Origin: an uncultured Actinomycetota bacterium
Lineage (GTDB): Bacteria > Actinomycetota > Actinomycetes > Streptosporangiales > Streptosporangiaceae
Length of the DNA stretch: 64,000 bases
NCBI GenBank assembly: GCA_963753225.1
Contig: CAVWBQ010000013.1
Span: forward strand, 167,041 to 231,040
Direction: 5' to 3'
Position numbers and translations under genes: made by a program. This document shows positions 57,424-64,000 of the stretch, one piece after another; position 1 is the stretch's first letter; each line of letters starts with the position of its first letter. Below the pieces are notes generated by a model, which was not told the origin of the DNA, did not search any database, and saw only the letters and a list, made by a program, of their open reading frames with translations.

Positions 57424-58686
57424 GTGCGTGGCGTATTCGGCTCGCTGACCACGCGGGGCCGGTCGTTCGTGGCCGCGGGCGGCGCGGCCATGGTGTGCGG
57501 CCTGGCCATTCCCCAACCGGACCTGGTCCGCGTCGGCGCGCTGCTGGTCATCTTGCCGCTGGTGTCCGCGCTGATCGCGCGGCGGTCCCGGTACCGGCTG
57601 TCCTGCTCGCGCAGGCTGGACCCGCCGCGGGTCCCGGCCGGCCAGCCCACCACGGTGACCGCGCGGGTGGAGAACGTGTCCCGGCTGCGCACCAGCGTGC
57701 TGCTGGCCGAGGACATCACCCCGTACACGCTGGGCAGCAGGCCGAGGTTCGTGCTGGACGAGATCGAGCCCGGGGGGCACAGGGAGCTCAACTACCAGAT
57801 CCGTTCTGACAGCCGGGGCAAGTTCACCATCGGGCCGCTCAGGGTCCGGGTCGCCGACTCGTTCGGCCTGGTGGAGATCAGCCGGTCGTTCAGCACCACC
57901 AGCACGCTGGTGGTCACGCCGAGGATCCACCCGCTGCCGCGGGCCAACGCGCAGAGCAGCTGGCTTGGCGAGGGCGACGGCGGGATGCGGACGATCTCGG
58001 CCATCGGCGAGGACGACGCGGCGCCGCGTCAGTACCAGGACGGGGACGGGCTGCACCGGGTGCACTGGAAATCGACAGCGAGGTACGGCGAGCTGATGGT
58101 GCGGCGGGAGGAACACCAGTGGCGTAACAGCGCGTCGGTGTTCCTCGACACGCGGCGCGCGGCGCACGCGGGGACCGGGCCCGCCTCGACGTTCGAGTTC
58201 GCGGTCAGCGCGGCGGCCTCGATCGGCGCGCACCTGTCCGGCGAGGGCTTCCGGGGCAGGCTCATCACCGAGGCCGGCGAGATCGCCCCGCGCGGCACGT
58301 TCCAGGACACCCTGCTCGACATGCTCGCGGTCATCACCCCTTCGCACGCCGCGGGCCTCCGGACCGGCACCGCCGAGCTGGCCCGGGCGGGCGGCCAGCT
58401 GATCGCCGTGGTCGGGCGGCTGACCGCGGACGACGCCCGCCAGCTGGCCGCGAGCCGGCGCGGGAACGCGCCCGCGATGGCGCTGCTGCTCGCCGTCTCG
58501 GCGTGGGCGACTGACGGGATAGCCGAGGACACGGCGCGGACGGCGGAGATCCTGTCGGCCGCGGGCTGGCGGGTCGCGGTGACCAGCGCGAGCACGCCTC
58601 TCGCGACCGCCTGGCAGCAGTTGCACCGCCCGTTCGACTCCGACCGGCCGATGCCGATCGGCGGTCTAGGAGGTGACCTGCGATGA
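57424..58686 (+). CDS. DUF58-family protein (MoxR partner, vWA-like)
   Basis: 420 aa with two N-terminal TM helices: ...GKFTIGPLRVRVADSFGL...RQYQDGDGLHRVHWKSTARYGELMVRREE. AGGAGG lies upstream of GTG 57424. Confidence 0.9.
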   Translation: MRGVFGSLTTRGRSFVAAGGAAMVCGLAIPQPDLVRVGALLVILPLVSALIARRSRYRLSCSRRLDPPRVPAGQPTTVTARVENVSRLRTSVLLAEDITPYTLGSRPRFVLDEIEPGGHRELNYQIRSDSRGKFTIGPLRVRVADSFGLVEISRSFSTTSTLVVTPRIHPLPRANAQSSWLGEGDGGMRTISAIGEDDAAPRQYQDGDGLHRVHWKSTARYGELMVRREEHQWRNSASVFLDTRRAAHAGTGPASTFEFAVSAAASIGAHLSGEGFRGRLITEAGEIAPRGTFQDTLLDMLAVITPSHAAGLRTGTAELARAGGQLIAVVGRLTADDARQLAASRRGNAPAMALLLAVSAWATDGIAEDTARTAEILSAAGWRVAVTSASTPLATAWQQLHRPFDSDRPMPIGGLGGDLR

Positions 58687-61361
58687 CGCTGAACGGCCGG
58701 ATGACGGTGACGACGGCGGTGGCCTGCATGCTGGTCTCCACCGTCTTGCTGCCCCTGTTCATCAACACCCTGTGGTTCGTGATCGGGGCCGGCGCGGTGA
58801 TCGCCGTCGCCGGGACCGGGGCGCTGACCCGGCTGCGCACGCTGCCGGTGTCGGTATGCCTGGCGGCCGGCGTGGTGGGCCTGCTGCTATACCTGAACCT
58901 GATCTTCGAGGTGCGGCACTCGCTGCTGCTGGTGATCCCCACGCCGGGCTCGCTCACCCGGCTGTGGCACCTCGCGGGCACCGGGCTGCACGACGCGAAC
59001 AGGTACGCGCCGCCGGCTCCTAACCTGCCCGGCCTGCTGCTGCTGGCCGCCGCCGGGGTGGGCATCACCGCCGTGCTGACCGACCTCATCGCGGTGCGGC
59101 TGCGGTCCACCGCTCTGGCCGGGCTGCCGCTGCTCGTCCTGTTCACCGTGCCGGTCACGATGAACGCGTCGCGCGACCAGCTCGCCACCGGGGTGGTGTT
59201 CGGCCTGGGCGCGGTGGGGTACCTGGCCATGCTCAGCGCCGACGGGCGGGAGCGGATCCGGGTCTGGGGCCGCCTGGTGTCGCTGTGGCGGGCGGCGCCG
59301 CGGTACGGCCGGCAGGGGTTCGAAGGGAACGGAGAGCCGGGCACGCCGCGCAAGATCCGCGAGCGCGGGGAAAATGGTCAGGGCCCGGACACCCGGGCGC
59401 TGGCCGCGGCGGGCCGCCGGGTCGGGCTTGCCTCCATCGTGCTGGCCTTGTGCGCGCCGCTGATCGTGCCGGGCCTGCACGCGAGCAAGCTTTTCTCCTC
59501 CGGCCCCGGCATCGGCGGCAACGGCGGCAACGGCGACCAGTCCCTGTCGCTGCCGAATGCCCTGGACCAGGCCGTCGCGCAACTGCACGAGAGCCAGCCG
59601 AGCACCCTGTTCACATACACCACCAACGCCACCCAGTCCCAGCAGGCCAACGACGCGGAGTACTTCAGGCAGTACGTGTTCGACACGCTCGGCGACACGG
59701 GCTGGCTGGTCGACCACTACGGCTCCCGCGCGGTGCCAGTCAGCTCGATCCCCGGTCCCCCGGGCCTGGACGACACCACGCGGGCTCAGACGGTGCGGAC
59801 GACCGTCACCGTCGGCAATGACTTCCGCAGCCCGGCCCAGCAGCCGACGTTCCTGCCGCTGCCCTACCCGGCCATCCAGGTCACCGCCCCGGGCAAGTGG
59901 CTGGCCGATCCCGACCTCATGGTGTATTCCACCACTGACTCCATCGCCGGCCGGTCCTACTCGGTGGCCAGCGTGATGGTAGACCCGAGCCAGGCGCAGC
60001 TGCAGACGGTGCCGGGGCTGGCGCGGACGGCCGGCCTGGTCCCTGACCTGGGGCTGCCCACGGCGTACCAGGCGTCCGCCCTGAAGAGGCTCGCGGAGGC
60101 CAACTCGGCCGGCCAGGCCACCGAGTTCGGCAAGGTGAACGCGCTCGCCACCTGGCTGTCGGGCCCGCAGTTCACCTACAGCCTCGCCGCGCCGCAGCTG
60201 ACCAGCGCGGCGAAGCTGGTGAACTTCCTGACCAAGGTCAAGAGCGGCTTCTGCGTGCAGTACGCCTACGCGATGACCGTGCTGACCCGCCTGCTCGGCA
60301 TCCCGGCCAGGTTCGTCGTCGGCTACACGGGCGGGACCCGTCTGAAGAACGGCAGCTACGAGGTCAAGACCACCGACGCGCACGCGTGGACCGAGGTGTA
60401 CTTCCCGACCCTGGGCTGGATCCGCTTCGAGCCCACGCCGGCCGGCCAGGGCACCGCCAACGCCCCGGACTACATGACCGGCGGGGCGCGGAACGGGCTG
60501 GGCGGCGGCTCCAACCCGGTCAACTCCGCGACCGAGTCGCCGAGTGCCGTCAAGACCCCTCCGCCCAATGGCGGGCTGGGCCGGACCGTCCGGCCGGGCG
60601 GCACCGACGAAGGGCTGGCCGGCGCGGCCAAGCGGGCCAGGACGCCGTGGACGGCGGTCGCGCTGGCCGTGATCGCCGCGCTGGTGCTTGCCCTCGGGCT
60701 GATCTCGGTCGCCGCGGGGCCCGCCCAGCAACTGCTGGCCGGTCACCCGGGCGCCGCACGCCGCCGGCCTCGCACCGCGACCGTCGCCGTCGTGGCCGTC
60801 GCCGCGGCCGCTCTGGTTGCCCTGGCCCTGTACCGGCTGATGGCGCGCACCAGGGGGCTGGACCTCGGGGTCGGCTGGGCCACCGTCGGCATCGCGTTCG
60901 GCGCCACGGCCGCCGCCGCCCTGATCACTCCCGCCGTGTTCCGCCTGGTGCTGCGCCGCTGGCGGTGGATGCGGGCCGACGACGACGCCGGGCGCGCCCA
61001 CGCCGCCTGGCGCGAATTCCACGACGACCTCGCCGACTTCGGCATGACCAGCCGTCCCAGTGAGCCGCCTCGCACGCTGGCCGCCCGCGTCACCACCACG
61101 CTGACCGAGCCCGCCGCCAAGGCGGTCACCCGCCTGGCCCTGGCCGAGGAGCGGGCCAGCTACGCCGCCCGTCCCGCCGAATCGCAGAGCCTGCGCAGGG
61201 ACGGCACCGCTGCCCGCCGCGGCCTGGCCGCCAACGCGCGCCGGTCGACCCGCTGGCGCGCGGCCGTCTTCCCCGCCTCGATGATGACCGCCCTGGGCCA
61301 AGCCGCCACGCGGATCCCGGACCGCGTCGTCTCGCTGAGGTTCCGGCGCCGCACCCGGTGA
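58683..61361 (+). CDS. transglutaminase-domain membrane protein (TgpA-like)
   Basis: 892 aa. It has about 6 N-terminal TM helices and a Cys-His-Asp core (GFCVQYAYAMTVLTRLLGIPARFVVGY...TDAHAWTEVYFPTLGWIRFEPTP), with further TM helices near the C-terminus. ATGA overlap with the DUF58 gene. Confidence 0.9.
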   Translation: MTLNGRMTVTTAVACMLVSTVLLPLFINTLWFVIGAGAVIAVAGTGALTRLRTLPVSVCLAAGVVGLLLYLNLIFEVRHSLLLVIPTPGSLTRLWHLAGTGLHDANRYAPPAPNLPGLLLLAAAGVGITAVLTDLIAVRLRSTALAGLPLLVLFTVPVTMNASRDQLATGVVFGLGAVGYLAMLSADGRERIRVWGRLVSLWRAAPRYGRQGFEGNGEPGTPRKIRERGENGQGPDTRALAAAGRRVGLASIVLALCAPLIVPGLHASKLFSSGPGIGGNGGNGDQSLSLPNALDQAVAQLHESQPSTLFTYTTNATQSQQANDAEYFRQYVFDTLGDTGWLVDHYGSRAVPVSSIPGPPGLDDTTRAQTVRTTVTVGNDFRSPAQQPTFLPLPYPAIQVTAPGKWLADPDLMVYSTTDSIAGRSYSVASVMVDPSQAQLQTVPGLARTAGLVPDLGLPTAYQASALKRLAEANSAGQATEFGKVNALATWLSGPQFTYSLAAPQLTSAAKLVNFLTKVKSGFCVQYAYAMTVLTRLLGIPARFVVGYTGGTRLKNGSYEVKTTDAHAWTEVYFPTLGWIRFEPTPAGQGTANAPDYMTGGARNGLGGGSNPVNSATESPSAVKTPPPNGGLGRTVRPGGTDEGLAGAAKRARTPWTAVALAVIAALVLALGLISVAAGPAQQLLAGHPGAARRRPRTATVAVVAVAAAALVALALYRLMARTRGLDLGVGWATVGIAFGATAAAALITPAVFRLVLRRWRWMRADDDAGRAHAAWREFHDDLADFGMTSRPSEPPRTLAARVTTTLTEPAAKAVTRLALAEERASYAARPAESQSLRRDGTAARRGLAANARRSTRWRAAVFPASMMTALGQAATRIPDRVVSLRFRRRTR

Positions 61362-61482
61362 GCGCGCCGTGCGGGCGCGTGATGCCCGGCGTGGCGTAGC
61401 GGGGTACTCGCTGGGCGCATGGTATCCGGTGCTGGCCGGGGCCTGACGCGCCGCCTGTCCCGCGGGACGGCGGCGCGGGCCG

Positions 61483-61920
61483 CTACATCCTGCCGCCCTC
61501 CTGCCGGCGACGCCACCGCTCTTCCATCCGCTCCATCATCCGCGCCCGCCTGGTCTGCGCCGGACGACCGGGGCCCGGCGTGGCCTGCCCCTTCGCGCCC
61601 TTTATGCTCGCCTTGGCCCGCGGGGGCCTGACCCTGGCCAGGTGCCGCCGCCAGCTGACCACCGCCCATGTCAGGGCCAGCACCGCGAGCGCCGCCCCGG
61701 CGACCTCAAGGTAGAGGCGGTGGGTAACCACCCCGGCCGCGAGCAGGCCCGCACCGGCGGCAAGGCCGATGAGGCCCTGCGCCAGTTTCCGCTTATAGTG
61801 CACGCGCGGATCGCTGGAGCGCACGACACGCCCGAACTTCGGATCCTCCCGGTAGAGCGCTTGCTCGATCTGCTCTAGCTGGCGCTGCTCATGTTCAGAG
61901 AGCGGCACGACGCCTCCCAT
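61483..61920 (-). CDS. DUF3040-family membrane protein
   Basis: 145 aa: PLSEHEQRQLEQIEQALYREDPKF, followed by two TM helices. Confidence 0.8.
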   Translation of the reverse strand: MGGVVPLSEHEQRQLEQIEQALYREDPKFGRVVRSSDPRVHYKRKLAQGLIGLAAGAGLLAAGVVTHRLYLEVAGAALAVLALTWAVVSWRRHLARVRPPRAKASIKGAKGQATPGPGRPAQTRRARMMERMEERWRRRQEGGRM

Positions 61921-62033
61921 AAAAAACCCTTGCGCCCGGCACGTGTGCGGTGATCCTTCACCTCACATACCCGGTTCAATTTCCAGAATACGAGCGTTGA
62001 CACACCGCTGGGTAGGGTGGACCCCGTAGCAGG

Positions 62034-63266
62034 TCAGAAAGCACCCCCAGCCGGGCGATCCGGATCCTCGACCAGGGCCGCCGGCCGGACCGCGCTGGCC
62101 CCGAACCGGCTGGCAATCTTGTCCACCGCCTGCTCGGCCTCGCGCCAGCCGACCGGCCGGTCATCGAGCGTCAGCTGGGCACTCGCCCCGGACGCCGGGA
62201 CCAGGCCGGAAACCCGGACGCCGACGAGCCGGAGCTGTGCGCCATGGTCGAGACCGGCCGCCTCATACAGGGCGCAAGCTGTGGCGTAAATCTCACGCGC
62301 CACGTCGGTCGGATAGGCCAGGGTCCGGGACCTGGTCATCGTCTTGAAGCTGGCCAGCCTGAGCTTAACCGACACCGTGCGTGCCACGTAGCCGCCCGCG
62401 CGCAGGCTGTGCGCCGTCCGCCCGGACAGCTTCAGCAGCTCCCGCCGGATCCGTTCCGGGTCGGAGATATCGCTGGCGAAGGTTTCCTCGGCCCCGATGC
62501 TCTTCTCCGGCATGTGCGCCCTCACCCGGCGCTCGTCCCGGCCCCAGGCCAGCGCGGCCAGGTGCGATCCGTGCGCGACGCCGAGCTCGTGCTTGAGCGT
62601 GGCCAGCGGGGTGTGCGCGATGTCCGCCACGGTGCGCAGCCCCAGCCGGGCCAGCATCTCCCCGGTCCGCTCGCCCACGCCCCACAGCGCCGAAACCGGC
62701 AGCGCGTGAAGGAAATCGAGCGTGCCCGCGCGGGACACCACGAGGAGCCCGTCCGGCTTGCACCGGGCCGACGCGATCTTGGCCACGAACTTAGTCGGCG
62801 CGACCCCGACCGAGCAGGTTATGCCCTGCTGCGCCGCCACCTGAGCGCGGATGTGACGGGCAATAACGGCGGGCGGTCCGAGTCGGCGCAGCGCGCCGGA
62901 GACATCCAGGAAGGCCTCGTCGAGCGCGAGCGGCTCCACGTCCGGCGTGACCGTGCCGAAGACCGCCATGACCTCCCTGGACACCTCGGCGTACCGCCGG
63001 TGACTGGGTGCGACGAACACCGCCCGCGGGCACAACCGCTGCGCCCGGCCCACCGGCATCGCCGACCGCACCCCGAACGCCCGGGCCTGGTACGACGCGG
63101 AGAGCACCACGCCCCGGCCGCCGGTGCCGCCGACGATGACCGGCAGGCCCGCGAGCTCGGGCTGGTCCCTGATCTCCACGCTCGCGTAGAACGCGTCCAT
63201 GTCCACGTGCAGGATGTGGCAGCCGGTGTCGTCCGGTTCCGCGCTGCCCTCGGCACCCGCACTCAT
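62034..63266 (-). CDS. dinB: DNA polymerase IV (Y-family)
   Basis: 410 aa: ILHVDMDAFYASVE....P.L.G.PV.VGG....GVV..ASY.AR.FGVRSAMP...LDEAFLDV...SVGVAP.KF.AK.AS...KPDG. Confidence 0.95.
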   Translation of the reverse strand: MSAGAEGSAEPDDTGCHILHVDMDAFYASVEIRDQPELAGLPVIVGGTGGRGVVLSASYQARAFGVRSAMPVGRAQRLCPRAVFVAPSHRRYAEVSREVMAVFGTVTPDVEPLALDEAFLDVSGALRRLGPPAVIARHIRAQVAAQQGITCSVGVAPTKFVAKIASARCKPDGLLVVSRAGTLDFLHALPVSALWGVGERTGEMLARLGLRTVADIAHTPLATLKHELGVAHGSHLAALAWGRDERRVRAHMPEKSIGAEETFASDISDPERIRRELLKLSGRTAHSLRAGGYVARTVSVKLRLASFKTMTRSRTLAYPTDVAREIYATACALYEAAGLDHGAQLRLVGVRVSGLVPASGASAQLTLDDRPVGWREAEQAVDKIASRFGASAVRPAALVEDPDRPAGGAF

Positions 63267-63271
63267 GACGC

Positions 63272-64000
63272 TCAGCGGTGGCCGAGCAGGTGCAGCTGGG
63301 CGGCGATGTCCCGTAGTGGCGGGGTGGCCGCGGCGGCCGCCTCGAGCGCGCGCAGGGCCTCGGGTCCGCCGGCCCCGCCCGCGTCACCGTCGAGCAGCGC
63401 GCCGGGCACGAGCCCGCTGAAGATCCGCAGCCCGTGCGCCTGTCCGGCGCGCAGCCCCGCGCCCTCGATCAGCGAGGTCAGCGCGGGCAGGGTGAAACGC
63501 CGCGGGGTCCCGGCCGCGCCTTCCGTCTCCAGCAGCAGGCGGGCCTCGTTGAACCGGCCGGCCAGCGCCCGGTGCAGGACGGCGGCCATCGCGTTCGCCG
63601 CGATCACGCTCACCGTGGCTGACGGCCGGAGCACGGCGGCGATCGCGGCCATCGCGTCGGCCGGCGAGTCGACGTATTCCAGCACGTTGTGGCAGATGAC
63701 GAGGTCCGCCGTCTTCGGACCGGCCACGCTGTCCAGGCTGGCCGCATCGCCCTGCACCGCGTTCAGCCGCGCGCCCGCCTCGGCCGCCCGCCGCTGCGCC
63801 GCCGCGAGCGCGTCCGGGCTCGGGTCGACCACGGTTACGTTATGTCCCAGGGCGGCGAACGGCACCGCCAGACCGCCGGTCCCCCCGCCCACGTCGATGA
63901 TGTCCAGCGCCTGCCTGCCGGTCACCGCCACCCGGGCGGAGACGAAATCGCGCAGAACGTCCCATACCAGGGAGAAGCGGACACCATCGCGCCTGAAGTC
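63272..64000 (-). CDS. class I SAM-dependent methyltransferase (5' end beyond the window)
   Basis: ALDIIDVGGGTGGLAVPFAALGHNVTVVDPSPDAL (motif I)...ADLVICHNVLEYV. The frame stays open upstream of the track start at 63931 (...WDVLRDFVSARVAVTG) to the window edge. Confidence 0.8.
   Translation of the reverse strand, partial: DFRRDGVRFSLVWDVLRDFVSARVAVTGRQALDIIDVGGGTGGLAVPFAALGHNVTVVDPSPDALAAAQRRAAEAGARLNAVQGDAASLDSVAGPKTADLVICHNVLEYVDSPADAMAAIAAVLRPSATVSVIAANAMAAVLHRALAGRFNEARLLLETEGAAGTPRRFTLPALTSLIEGAGLRAGQAHGLRIFSGLVPGALLDGDAGGAGGPEALRALEAAAAATPPLRDIAAQLHLLGHR

Noticed and set aside
58887-61301. 804-aa minus-strand ORF opposite the transglutaminase gene
   Set aside because: Shadow ORF. The plus-strand product has a clear transglutaminase Cys-His-Asp core and TM topology.

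Overview
Visibly very GC-rich, actinomycete-type chromosomal core DNA, with most genes on the minus strand. The order matches the conserved Streptomyces/Mycobacterium-like block. From left to right it holds: a trp fragment (trpC, Trp-region membrane protein); hisI; ppgK; a tightly coupled hisD-C-B-H-priA-hisF operon; dnaE; rluD-like/lspA; ileS; and the cell-division/cell-wall (dcw) region (divIVA-yggT-sepF-yggS-ftsZ-ftsQ-murC-murG-ftsW ... mraY-murF-murE-ftsI-ftsL-rsmH-mraZ). After that come MoxR/DUF58/transglutaminase, DUF3040, dinB and a methyltransferase. No rRNA, tRNA or CRISPR was seen. The main non-routine observations are: (1) The dcw cluster is split between mraY and ftsW by about 10 kb of unrelated genes, and murD is absent from its canonical slot. 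(2) A roughly 300-bp long-palindrome repeat element occurs twice. One copy sits at the dcw break. The other, downstream of ileS, carries an IS110-family element inserted at its apex, which lets the IS ends be delimited and a bridge-RNA-like leader be proposed. (3) There are reading-frame anomalies in ileS (1-nt insertion), in a low-complexity paralog pair, and possibly at a CMD-GNAT junction. These suggest either assembly indels or real pseudogenisation. (4) GTGG(G/A)G box arrays lie on both strands upstream of mraZ, and a long hairpin lies in the mraZ-rsmH spacer. (5) Several perfect short tandem repeats lie in regulatory or junction positions. All functional calls come from reading the supplied translations and the DNA by eye; no database search was run.
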